In this document: positions 41,135 through 50,481 of the stretch, piece by piece
Layout: the number at the start of each line of letters is the position of its first letter
Position numbering within the stretch: position 1 is the first letter of the stretch
Origin: an uncultured Natronomonas sp.
Lineage (GTDB): Archaea > Halobacteriota > Halobacteria > Halobacteriales > Haloarculaceae
Assembly (NCBI GenBank): GCA_964579035.1
Contig: CAZOFL010000001.1
Location: forward strand, 26,212-90,211
Reading direction: 5' to 3'
DNA: 64,000 nucleotides
Notes under the pieces: model-generated
Database searches by the model: none
Told to the model about the DNA's origin: nothing
What the model saw: only the letters and a program-made list of their open reading frames with translations
Translations under genes and position numbers: made by a program

Positions 41135-41563
41135 ATGGTTCACGTACTCGTTCCCGTCGACGATTCGGACCGGGCGATGAACGCCCTCGAGTTCGTCCTC
41201 GAGAACTACCCGGACGCGTCGATCACGGCCCTCCACGTTATCAACCCGAGTACCTTTCCGGCGGGTGGATTCGAGTCGGGAATCACGACGGATCTCGACA
41301 GCATCCGCAAAAACAAGCGGAATCAGGCGGAGCAACTCCTCGAGACGTTCAGAGAGCGGGCCGCCGACCGGGGCGTCGGGATCGAGACGGCCATCGTGAC
41401 CGGCAAACCGACAGAACGGATCGTCGACTACGCCGAGGACAACGACGCCGACGTCATCACGATCGGCAGCCACGGTCGGACCGGCGCGAGCCGGGTGCTC
41501 CTCGGCAGCGTCGCCGAGGCGGTCGTCCGTCGGTCGCCGATCCCCGTCACCGTCGTCCGCTGA
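41135..41563 (+). CDS. Universal stress protein
   Basis: VLVPVDDS, ALHVI, GSHGRTGASRVLLGSVAEAVVRRSPIPVTVVR. Confidence 0.95.
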   Translation: MVHVLVPVDDSDRAMNALEFVLENYPDASITALHVINPSTFPAGGFESGITTDLDSIRKNKRNQAEQLLETFRERAADRGVGIETAIVTGKPTERIVDYAEDNDADVITIGSHGRTGASRVLLGSVAEAVVRRSPIPVTVVR

Positions 41564-41620
41564 TCGACCGGTCTATCATTACCGGGGGCTTTTCCCTCTG
41601 GTGTCCCTCTAACCACGTGT

Positions 41621-41800
41621 ATGGGTTTCGGAAGCTACGACGAATCCGAGCAGAAAGACCAGAACGTGGACACGGACGACAGCGAGGCGGTCAACGTCCA
41701 CGAGAACGACCACGACGGGAGCGTGGAGTTCGAGTTCGACGACGAGGAATCGCTCATCGATCGGCTCCAAGAGATGAAAGGCGACGACGCGGACGAGTAA
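41621..41800 (+). CDS. Small acidic protein, 59 aa (DUF5786-like; not in ORF track)
   Basis: Read by hand: MGFGSYDESEQKDQNVDTDDSEAVNVHENDHDGSVEFEFDDEESLIDRLQEMKGDDADE. Confidence 0.82.
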   Translation: MGFGSYDESEQKDQNVDTDDSEAVNVHENDHDGSVEFEFDDEESLIDRLQEMKGDDADE

Positions 41801-41858
41801 CGTCGATCCCGCCTCCGAACCGATGGGTCGAAGGGGCCGCCACCGGTAGTGATTTCCA

Positions 41859-43094
41859 GTGAACGTTCAGTTTCTCGGCGGCGCGGGCGAGGTCGGCCGC
41901 AGCGCGGTCCTCGTCAACGACTCGCTCCTCCTCGATTTCGGGATGAAAACCGACGACCCGCCGCAGTATCCCGTCGGCGACGTCTCCCCCGAGGCGGTCG
42001 TCGTCAGCCACGGCCACCTCGATCACGTCGGCGCGATTCCCTCACTGCTTTCGGGTAGCGACCGGCCGCCGATCCACTGGACGCCGCCGACCTACGAGTT
42101 GGCGATGCGGCTCGCCGAGGACACGCTCAAACTGCACGGCGGGACGCCGCTTTGCCCGTTTACCGACGAGGACCGTCGCCGCGTCACCGAGGTGTCGGAG
42201 CGCCACGGCTACCGGGAGCCGTTCCGTGCGGCGGGCCACCGCGTCGAGTTCTTCAACGCCGGCCACATCCCCGGCAGCGCACACGTGCTCGTCGACGACG
42301 GGGACACGCGCCTGCTGTACACGGGCGATTTCCACACCGACGACCAGCGGCTCGTTTCGGCGACGACCGAACGCCCCGACGCCGATATCGTCGTCTGTGA
42401 GAGCACGTACGCCGACGTCGAGCACGACCCCCGCGAACGGGTCGAAAAGCGGTTCGTCGACAGCGTTCGAACGACGCTTTGGGAGGGCGGGACGGTCGTC
42501 GTCCCGGCCTTCGCCATCGGGCGCACACAGGAGATCATGTTGGTCTGTGCGGCCCACGACATCGACTGCTACGTCGACGGGATGGGTGTCGACGTGACGC
42601 GACTCGTCCGCCGGTATCCCGAATTCCTCCGGGACGCGGACGCCCTAGCGGCGGCGAAATCGAACGCCAGAACCGTGAGGGGCCGGGACGGCCAGCGCCG
42701 CCGGATCGCCGCCGAATCGACGGTGATCATCACGACCGCCGGGATGCTCTCCGGCGGGCCGGCGATGACGTACGTTCCCGAGATCCACGCCAACCCGATC
42801 AACAAGATCTGCTTTTCGGGATACCAGGTCGAGGGAACACCCGGCCGCCAACTGTTGGAGACGGGAGGCACCGAGATCGGCGGCCAACATCTGCAGGTCA
42901 GCGCCCAACTCGAACGATACGACTTCTCGGCGCACGCCGACCGCGACGGCCTTCGGGCGTTTCTCGACGCCTACGACGACACCCCGATCCTCGTCACCCA
43001 CGGCGACAGCTGCGCGTGGTTCGCCGAGCGGCTCCGGGCGGCGGGTTTCGACGCGAGCGCGCCGGCGATCGGCGATTCCATCGAGTGTCCGTGA
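41859..43094 (+). CDS. MBL-fold beta-CASP ribonuclease (aCPSF-like)
   Basis: GGAGEVGRS, SHGHLDHVG, AGHIPGS, YTGDF, ESTY, PAFAIGRTQE, GYQVEGTPG, FSAHAD, THG. Confidence 0.92.
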   Translation: MNVQFLGGAGEVGRSAVLVNDSLLLDFGMKTDDPPQYPVGDVSPEAVVVSHGHLDHVGAIPSLLSGSDRPPIHWTPPTYELAMRLAEDTLKLHGGTPLCPFTDEDRRRVTEVSERHGYREPFRAAGHRVEFFNAGHIPGSAHVLVDDGDTRLLYTGDFHTDDQRLVSATTERPDADIVVCESTYADVEHDPRERVEKRFVDSVRTTLWEGGTVVVPAFAIGRTQEIMLVCAAHDIDCYVDGMGVDVTRLVRRYPEFLRDADALAAAKSNARTVRGRDGQRRRIAAESTVIITTAGMLSGGPAMTYVPEIHANPINKICFSGYQVEGTPGRQLLETGGTEIGGQHLQVSAQLERYDFSAHADRDGLRAFLDAYDDTPILVTHGDSCAWFAERLRAAGFDASAPAIGDSIECP

Positions 43095-43150
43095 TCGTGC
43101 CCGCCGCCGTCGGGAGCAGTTTAAAACGTCCGGGAACGTACCCTCCGGCA

Positions 43151-43720
43151 ATGAACGACTCACCCCTCTCCCCCGGTTCGACGCTGCTCGTCGATCTCGA
43201 TGGCGTCGTCGCAAAGCAACTCCCGCGGCTCTGTACCTACCTCCGCCGGGAGTACGACCACGAAGTCGCCCCGGCCGACATCGACGACTGGTCCTACGAC
43301 GTGCCCGGGACCGGAGCCCACATCGGCGACGTCATCGGCGAGTTGATGACGGACCACTCGGAGTGGTATTTCGGCGGCATGGAGCCGACACCGGGAGCCG
43401 CGAAAGCCCTCTCGGCGCTTCGCTCGGAGTACCGAATCGAGATCGCGACCCACCGGATCCCCGAGACCCATGATGTCTCGAAGGCGTGGCTCGACGAACA
43501 CGGGATCGGCTACGACGCGTTCCACGACGAGGTCCCCCGCGACAAGGGTGCCCTCCCCGGCGACGCCCTGATCGACGACTACCACGGAAACGTCGCGAAC
43601 GCGCTGTCGGCCGGCAAGACCGGCCTCCTGATGCGACAGCCCTACAGCGACCCCGACGCCTGTGACGGCGCACACGTCGTCGAGACGTGGAACGACGTCC
43701 GAACGCTGTTTTCGGTGTAG
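43151..43720 (+). CDS. HAD-superfamily 5'(3')-nucleotidase-like protein (NT5C type)
   Basis: VDLDGVV, IATHR, WLDEHGI, ALIDD. Confidence 0.82.
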   Translation: MNDSPLSPGSTLLVDLDGVVAKQLPRLCTYLRREYDHEVAPADIDDWSYDVPGTGAHIGDVIGELMTDHSEWYFGGMEPTPGAAKALSALRSEYRIEIATHRIPETHDVSKAWLDEHGIGYDAFHDEVPRDKGALPGDALIDDYHGNVANALSAGKTGLLMRQPYSDPDACDGAHVVETWNDVRTLFSV

Positions 43721-43767
43721 CCGGCGTCCGAGTGGGGTTTTTTTGACGAGCGCCACGTTGATTACGT

Positions 43768-44586
43768 ATGAACACCTTCGACATCGGCGGCGAGTTGACG
43801 GTCGGCCGACTCGGCTTCGGCGCGATGCGCATCACTGGCGAGGACATCATCGGCGACCCCGAGGACCCCGAGGCCGCACGCGAGGTGCTTCGCCGGGCCG
43901 CTGAGTTGGTCGAGTTGATCGACACCGCCGACTCCTATGGCCCCGGCGTCAGCGAACGACTCATCGGTGAGACGCTCGCGGCCGACGCGGACTGCGTGAT
44001 CGCGACGAAGGGCGGGTTGCTCCGGAACCGCGAGGGCGAGTGGCTCCCCTGCGGTGATCCGGACTACCTCCGAAACGCCGTGTTGTGCAGTCTGGATCGG
44101 CTCCGAACGGGCACGATCGATCTGTATCAGCTCCACACGCCCGACCCGGACGTCGAGTTCGAGGCGAGCGTGACGGCGCTCGCGGAGCTGAAAGACGACG
44201 GCGTGATCGAGCATCTGGGCCTCTCGAACGTGAGCGTCGAACAACTCGACCGCGCCCGCGATCACGTCGAGATCGCAACGGTCCAGAACCGATACAACGT
44301 CGCCTACCGCGAGGAAGCGGCGGTACTCGATGCCTGTGAGGACTACGGGATCGGCTTCATTCCGTGGTACCCCCTCGGCGCCGGGGACCTGCGATCGGTC
44401 CCGGAACTCGCGGCGATCGCCGACGCACACGACGCGACGGCCCACCAGATCGCGCTGGCGTGGCTCCTGGAACGCTCGCCCGTCACGCTCCCGATCCCCG
44501 GAACGTCGAGCGTCGACCACCTCGAATCGAACGTCGCGGCGGCCGACATCGACCTGCGCGACGAGGAGTTCGAGCGCCTCCGATAG
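43768..44586 (+). CDS. Aldo/keto reductase
   Basis: LGFGAMRITG, IDTADSYG, ATKGG, IDLYQLH, GLSN, VQNRYN, PIPGTSS. Confidence 0.95.
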   Translation: MNTFDIGGELTVGRLGFGAMRITGEDIIGDPEDPEAAREVLRRAAELVELIDTADSYGPGVSERLIGETLAADADCVIATKGGLLRNREGEWLPCGDPDYLRNAVLCSLDRLRTGTIDLYQLHTPDPDVEFEASVTALAELKDDGVIEHLGLSNVSVEQLDRARDHVEIATVQNRYNVAYREEAAVLDACEDYGIGFIPWYPLGAGDLRSVPELAAIADAHDATAHQIALAWLLERSPVTLPIPGTSSVDHLESNVAAADIDLRDEEFERLR

Positions 44587-44595
44587 CCCCCGGCG

Positions 44596-44877
44596 TCACT
44601 CCTCGGCGGCTTCGACCTTCGCCGCGTGCTTTTCGAGGTCGGCGGCGAGTTCCCGTGCCTCCGTGGGCGAGAGGCGAACGGTGTCGGCGTGGGGATCGAG
44701 ATGTTTCAGTTCGGTGTTGTCGAGTTCGAGTTGCAGCGAGACGTGGTCGGGGTCTTTCCGCGGGCTCGTGACGTTTACGACTGCGTAGGCGTCCTCGGTG
44801 AAGCCGTGGCCCTCGGCCTCGCCGTCGAGGAGGTCGAGCGTCGTGTACGCGTTGACTTTCATGATGCGGTCGGCCAT
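44596..44877 (-). CDS. Conserved haloarchaeal protein (DUF6360-like, from memory)
   Basis: MADRIMKVNAYTTLDLL...LSPTEARELAADLEKHA. Confidence 0.8.
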   Translation of the reverse strand: MADRIMKVNAYTTLDLLDGEAEGHGFTEDAYAVVNVTSPRKDPDHVSLQLELDNTELKHLDPHADTVRLSPTEARELAADLEKHAAKVEAAEE

Positions 44878-45071
44878 ACCGTCGACACGCGGCGATCGGC
44901 CCTAAGCGTGGCGGCTACGCGACGGTCGCGACGAGTCGTTGTCGGATTCGGTCGGTTCGATAGAGCTCCCGTACCGAACACGGTCGCCGATCGCCCGTTC
45001 CGCCTCCGTCACACTCGCTGCCCGGATAAAAATACGCGTCCCCCGTCACGGAGACCCGCGCAAGCGCCCAC

Positions 45072-45537
45072 GTGTTTGTCGCGTACAAAGCAGCATTTGA
45101 ACGTATTCCGATTGCTTCGGTTGAAGCGGAATACACGAGTCAGGGCTGTGCGTTGACTGCGTGTGAACACGCTGAGCGAGCGAATCGACGGCGAAAGCGA
45201 TTCAACTGTCGGTCGTGTGGTCATCAAGACCATGCGGACAGGAATGCGTCGGTGAACGTTGCGAAGCGCGGATCGGAGATGTGCCTGCTCTCGAGAGTCT
45301 TCCTCAGGCTCGGAAGGTGTCGTTCGAAAGACGGAGTCTTTCGTGATCACGAACATCTTCGATTTTCGGACGACGACGGTGGGCATCGCGGCGTGTGAAC
45401 CGCCCGGGCTTATCCCTCATAACCGTTTGAGATGGCCTTGCTCTGGGACGAGCAGGCGTCGAGGTTGCAGGGAATGTTAGCAGTTAATCCGAGGGAAGCA
45501 CAAAGAAGCCCCGACCCTCGTGATCGGGGTTGTTCAC
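45072..45537 (+). mobile_element. tnpB: Remnant of an IS200/IS605-family (IS1341-like) element: tnpB 3' fragment plus right end
   Basis: YKAAFERIP...EYTSQGC..C..AERANR..RFNCRSCGHQDHADRNASVNVA (Zn finger and RuvC-III); subterminal hairpin GCCCCGA-n9-TCGGGGT followed by TGTTCAC. Confidence 0.88.
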
Positions 45538-45557
45538 CCAGCACATCGGCTCGTCCC
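45270..45557 (+). ncRNA. Putative TnpB omegaRNA/sotRNA scaffold overlapping the tnpB 3' end and right end, with flanking guide
   Basis: Inferred from position only: omegaRNAs derive from the tnpB 3' end/right end plus flanking bases; expression not shown and boundaries approximate. Confidence 0.35.
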
Positions 45558-45615
45558 TGTCCGCTAGTAGGTGTTTAACCGGAGGTTCGAGACAAACGGA
45601 TGACACCCTTCGCCG

Positions 45616-46497
45616 TCACTTCGGAACGGCGACTTGGTGTTGGACGTTGTACGGATGCGTCCCCGAGACCCACTTGAAGATGTACTCGATCGATCGTTGG
45701 TCGCCCCGGACGCCGTCGTGGTCGGTCTCGAGGAGGACGTTCGTCGCCCCATCGAGGATCGGGCTGTTCGGACACCGCCAAAAGAGCGTGTCGTCGGTGC
45801 CCCGAAGCGTGTAATAGTCGATATCGCCCGGCGTCTCGTCGGCGTTGAGGCTCGCAAGCGGGTGGCCGGAGATTTCGTCGTAATCCGCCCGGAGGAACTC
45901 GCTGCTGCCGTACGCGCCGCCCTGGAGGCCGGTCTCGGCACACCACGTGCTCAGTACGGTGCCGTGGTTCGCTCCCGCGAGGCCGACGAAGGTGTCGACC
46001 CACCCGAAGCGCCCCCGACTCGCGAGCCAGTAGCGGAGGCCCGTGACGGCGAGGCTGTGGCCGACGACGTCGACCGTCTCGCTCCCGGTGTGCTCGCGAA
46101 CCGCGCCGACGAACGCGTCGAGTTGTTCGGCCATCGACTCGTGGCTCGGCGTCCCGTCGTCGAACGTGATCGCCCACAGGTCGTCGCCGGTGTAGCCGCG
46201 CTGGATGAAAAACGAGGCGTGCGGCTCCCAATCGCAGGCGTCGCGTTGGTTGCCGTGGACGAAAACGACCGGCGTCTTGTCGCTTTCGGCGTCAGTCCCG
46301 TGGTATCCGTCACCGCCCCACCCGCCGTAGGACCCGTCACTCGACCACGGGAGGCGGTCGTCGTCCGTCCGGTCGTGGCCACAGCCGACCGCACAGCCGT
46401 CCTGGCTCCGTGCGTTCCGGAGCTTCCGGACGCTCCGTAGGATTCCCCACGGAACGGACAACCCTTGTGTTGGTTTACCAACTGACACAATAGCCAA
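45616..46497 (-). CDS. Alpha/beta hydrolase, Lipase_2/PhaZ7-like esterase (start uncertain)
   Basis: YGGWGG...KTPVVFVHGN, VDVVGHSLA, FVGLAGANHG, candidate Asp (TDD) and His (TDH). Confidence 0.8.
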   Translation of the reverse strand: MAIVSVGKPTQGLSVPWGILRSVRKLRNARSQDGCAVGCGHDRTDDDRLPWSSDGSYGGWGGDGYHGTDAESDKTPVVFVHGNQRDACDWEPHASFFIQRGYTGDDLWAITFDDGTPSHESMAEQLDAFVGAVREHTGSETVDVVGHSLAVTGLRYWLASRGRFGWVDTFVGLAGANHGTVLSTWCAETGLQGGAYGSSEFLRADYDEISGHPLASLNADETPGDIDYYTLRGTDDTLFWRCPNSPILDGATNVLLETDHDGVRGDQRSIEYIFKWVSGTHPYNVQHQVAVPK

Positions 46498-46767
46498 TCA
46501 AAACACCTGGGGATACTTAAAAACTGCCTTTGTTCGGCACCGGTATTCGGAAATAAGGCGTCGTACGCTACCAGTGTATGGCACACGTTAGATTGGCTTT
46601 ACAGTGGTGTCATACTCGTCTTTCCTAAAACACTCGAGACTGCACTCGAAAGCGTTTGTTATACGACCGCTCGCGGATCTCGAACAAACGTACAACGCCT
46701 CGCTGACGACGTGTGCGACGGGAGTGGCGATACACCGGTCGGCCACCGCCCGACGAAGCGTCGACGA

Positions 46768-49386
46768 CTACTCGAACACCAGTATCGTCGCCTCGCCGGC
46801 GTCGAGTACGACGACCGCCTCGCCGCCCTCCGCGCGTTGCTCCTCGACGATGTCGAACATCCCCGGTTCGACGACGACGGTCTCGCCGTCGATCCCGAAC
46901 TCGACGTGCCCCGAGGTGTCGAGTTCCGCCCGGAGTTCGACGGGGTCTGCCGACTCCAGCCGGCCGACGACCGCGCCGGCCCGATCCCGGAAGACGGGCC
47001 CGAGCTCGCTGTGATCGATGTCGACGTCGACGGGAACCAACTCGACGCTCGGGGCGCCCTCCTCGACGTAGACGGGGCCGTTGACCGTATCCGAGAGGTC
47101 GTACGTGTCGAGCGGGACGGCCTCGTCGAGATACACCTCGACGCGGTCGAGGTCGGCGTTCAGCGGCTTCCCCTCGTCGGATTTCCACCCGCGAACCGTC
47201 GACGCGATCTCGGCGATCAACTCCCCGCGGGTTCCGGCTTCGGGGTCGACCGCCGGGGGATCCGGCCACCTCGCCCCGTGGACGCTTCCGGCCGTCGGCA
47301 GGTGGCTCCAGGCCTCCTCCGTGATGAACGGCGCGAACGGAGATAGCATCCGCAACGACGCGCTCAACGCCGTATAGAGGGAGTGCTCGGCGGCGCGTCG
47401 CTCACCCGGGCGGCCCTCGTACAGTCGGCCCTTTATGAGTTCGAGGTAGTCGTCGGCGAGGTCGTGCCAGACGAAATCGCGGACCCGGCGGAGCGCGCTG
47501 TCGAAGCGGTACTCGTCCATGTCCGCGGCGACCTCGTCGGCGACCCGGGCGCACGCCGAGAGGATCCACGCGTCGACGTCCCGGTAGGCCGGGGTCTCGA
47601 TCTCAGTAGTCGACTCGTCGACGTGTTCGGCGGCGAACTTCGTGATGTTCCACAGTTTCGTCTGGAACCGGCTCGCGGAGGTGACCTCCTTCCACTGGAA
47701 CTGGATGTCGGTCCCTGGCTGGCCGCCGAGCGCCATCGCCTGTCGGAAGGCGTCCGCGGAGTGTTCCTCGACGACCTCCTCGGGCTGGACGAAGTTCCCG
47801 CGGGACTTCGACATCTTGTTGCCGTCGTCGCCGAACACCATCCCGTTTATAAGCGCTTCCTCCCACGGGATCTCGCCCGTGACGGCCGTCGTCCGGAGGA
47901 TCGTATAGAAGGCCCACGTCCGGATGATGTCGTGGCCCTGCTCGCGGAGCTGGACCGGCTCGAACGACTCCTCGGGCCACCCGGCGACGTACATCGGCGA
48001 GATCGACGAGTCCATCCAGGTGTCCATCACGTCCGTCTCGCCCGTCCAGTCGTCGCTTCCACACTCGGGACACTCGCCGACCGCCGGCTCGTCGGTCGTC
48101 GGATCGACCGGCACCTCGTCGGCCCCCGCGATCTCGACGTGTCCACACGCCGTACACTCCCAGGCGGGGATCGGCGTCGCGAAGACGCGCTGGCGGGAGA
48201 TCACCCAGTCCCACTCCATGCCCTCGGTCCACTCCTCGAGGCGGGTGTACATGTGCTCGGGGAACCACTCGATCTCCTCGGCCGATTCGAGGATCTCAGC
48301 CTGGTCGACTTTTACGAACCACTGCTCCTTCGAGAGGATCTCGATCGGGGTGTCACAGCGCCAACAGCACCCGACCGACTGTTCCGTGTGTTCGTGGTCG
48401 TTTAGGTGCCCCGATTCCTCCAGGGCGTCGGCGATTTCGGCCTTCGCCTCGTCGATCGAGAGTCCCTCGAACTCGCCGGCCAACTCGTTGAGGTGGCCGT
48501 CCTCCGTGAACACGGCCCGGAGATGCAGGTCGTGTTCGATCCACCAGTCGACGTCCTGTTTGTCGCCGAACGTACAGATCATCACCGCGCCGGTTCCGAA
48601 CTCGCCGTCGACGTCGTCGTCGGCAAGCAGTTCGATCTCCTGGCCGAAAAGCGGCACTTCGAAGGTGTCGCCGATCCGATCCTCGTAGCGCTCGTCGTCG
48701 GGGTCGACGGCCATCGAGACGCAGGCGGCGAGCAGTTCGGGCCGCGTGGTGGCGATCTCGATGTCGTCGTTGCCGACGCCTTCGAAGGTGACGTAGTACA
48801 GCGTCCCGTCACGGTCCTCGTTTTCGACCTCGGCGTCGGCGATGGCGGTCTCACACCGGGGACACCAGTTGACCGGGTGTTCGTCCTGGTAGACGTAGTC
48901 CGATTCGGCCATCTCGACGAACGACCGCTGGGTCTCCCCCCAGTAGTCGTCGTTCATCGTCCGGAACTCGTGGTTCCAGTCCTGTGAGAACCCGAGCGTC
49001 AGCATCGTCTCCTTCATCGCGCCGATCTGGGACTCGGTGTGTTCGATACACCACTCGCGGAACTGCTCGCGGGAGACGTCCGTCCGGTGGATGTCGCGGT
49101 TTTCCTCGACTTTCACCTCGGTTGGCAACCCGTGACAGTCCCACCCCTGTGGGAAGAGAACGTCGTCGCCCTGCAGGCGATGATACCGGGCCGCATAATC
49201 CATGTAACACCACCCGAGCGCGTTACCGATGTGGAGGTTACCGGTGGGGTACGGCGGCGGCGTGTCGATGATGTAGTCGGGGCGCTCGTCGTCGTCATCG
49301 TAGCTGTAGACGTCCGACTCGAGCCACTCATCGCGCCATCTCTGTTCGGCTTCCTCGGGGGTGTAGCTGTCTGGAACCTCGCTCAT
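46768..49386 (-). CDS. valS: Valine--tRNA ligase
   Basis: [54 protein letters not shown]. Confidence 0.98.
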   Translation of the reverse strand: MSEVPDSYTPEEAEQRWRDEWLESDVYSYDDDDERPDYIIDTPPPYPTGNLHIGNALGWCYMDYAARYHRLQGDDVLFPQGWDCHGLPTEVKVEENRDIHRTDVSREQFREWCIEHTESQIGAMKETMLTLGFSQDWNHEFRTMNDDYWGETQRSFVEMAESDYVYQDEHPVNWCPRCETAIADAEVENEDRDGTLYYVTFEGVGNDDIEIATTRPELLAACVSMAVDPDDERYEDRIGDTFEVPLFGQEIELLADDDVDGEFGTGAVMICTFGDKQDVDWWIEHDLHLRAVFTEDGHLNELAGEFEGLSIDEAKAEIADALEESGHLNDHEHTEQSVGCCWRCDTPIEILSKEQWFVKVDQAEILESAEEIEWFPEHMYTRLEEWTEGMEWDWVISRQRVFATPIPAWECTACGHVEIAGADEVPVDPTTDEPAVGECPECGSDDWTGETDVMDTWMDSSISPMYVAGWPEESFEPVQLREQGHDIIRTWAFYTILRTTAVTGEIPWEEALINGMVFGDDGNKMSKSRGNFVQPEEVVEEHSADAFRQAMALGGQPGTDIQFQWKEVTSASRFQTKLWNITKFAAEHVDESTTEIETPAYRDVDAWILSACARVADEVAADMDEYRFDSALRRVRDFVWHDLADDYLELIKGRLYEGRPGERRAAEHSLYTALSASLRMLSPFAPFITEEAWSHLPTAGSVHGARWPDPPAVDPEAGTRGELIAEIASTVRGWKSDEGKPLNADLDRVEVYLDEAVPLDTYDLSDTVNGPVYVEEGAPSVELVPVDVDIDHSELGPVFRDRAGAVVGRLESADPVELRAELDTSGHVEFGIDGETVVVEPGMFDIVEEQRAEGGEAVVVLDAGEATILVFE

Positions 49387-49526
49387 GATTGATTTCGCGG
49401 AGACCGGTCGGTAGGGGGCAAAGCACGTGCGCGCGGCGAGAAAGTGCGCGCGGTCAGCGCCCGCGTACTACAGACCGGATCGCGCTCATACATCTTCGCT
49501 CGGACGTTCCGGATAAAAAGCTTCGC

Positions 49527-50144
49527 TTACGACGTCTCGCCCGCCGCGTCGTCGGCGTACAGCGTCCGCTCGTTGTATGTCCGCAACTCCTCGCGGGCCG
49601 CCGGGATCCACTCCCCGTCCTCGGCGGTCGCGTACCGGAAAAACGCTCCCGAGAGCACCGTGTGGATCATCGCCGCCGTCCGCTCCGGATCGACTTCCCG
49701 GAAGGTCCCGTCGGCGACGCCGGCCTCGACGATCGTCTCGATGCGGTCCTGGAGGACGCCGTCGCTTCTGGTGAAGTAATCGCGGTAGGCCCCGTTGTGG
49801 GGGGCCTGTCCCCGCAACTCGACGAGCGCCCGGATGAACCGCTGTGCCTCGGCCGGGGCGTCGGTGAGCACCAGCCTGTCACAGACCCGTTCCAACTCCG
49901 CCCGCGGGTCGGACGGCGGCCCCGTCTCGGTGTCGGCGCGGTAGTTTTCGAGCATGAACTCCAAGCAGGCCAACAGGAGGTCGTCCTTGCCGTCGTAGTG
50001 GTGGTAGACGAGCGAGACGCTCTTTTCGAACTCCTCGCCGATCCGCTCCATCGTCAGATCGGCGTACCCGTGGGCACAAAGCGCCCGGTAGGCCGCCGCG
50101 AGGATCTCCTCGCGCGTCGACTCGGGATCCTCAAACGCGTCCAT
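49527..50144 (-). CDS. TetR/AcrR-family transcriptional regulator
   Basis: TREEILAAAYRALCAHGYADLTMERIGEEFEKSVSLVYHHYDGKDDL. Confidence 0.93.
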   Translation of the reverse strand: MDAFEDPESTREEILAAAYRALCAHGYADLTMERIGEEFEKSVSLVYHHYDGKDDLLLACLEFMLENYRADTETGPPSDPRAELERVCDRLVLTDAPAEAQRFIRALVELRGQAPHNGAYRDYFTRSDGVLQDRIETIVEAGVADGTFREVDPERTAAMIHTVLSGAFFRYATAEDGEWIPAAREELRTYNERTLYADDAAGETS

Positions 50145-50289
50145 CGTGGATGCCTCCGGACGGGGTGCTCAAAACGGTCCCGGATTCCCGAAGCGCCGGC
50201 CCGTCGGTCCTGACGGGCGGGTACGGCGGGGGGCGGAGTACGGCCGGGGCGGGAATTGGGAGGGACATACTACGGGTAACCCTCAAACC

Positions 50290-50317
50290 GTGTTAACACT
50301 TTTGAATAAACGTTCAA
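50290..50317. promoter_or_regulatory. Candidate TetR operator(s) in the divergent promoter
   Basis: Perfect palindrome GTGTTAACAC (50290-50299) and TTGAA-TAAACG-TTCAA (50302-50317) in an AT-rich patch. Confidence 0.55.
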
Positions 50318-50481
50318 TCAAAAAAGTTATACCCGCCCCGCGGCTCCGTTGATCCGATGGATTGGTCCCGCCCTCCCGCTGACGTGCGCCCTCCCCTTTC
50401 GCTCGAAGGCACTCGTCCGATCCGACGAACCGGCCCCCGATCCCGTGTCGCTTGCGGCTCCGCATCGGCCGTGACGGGACG

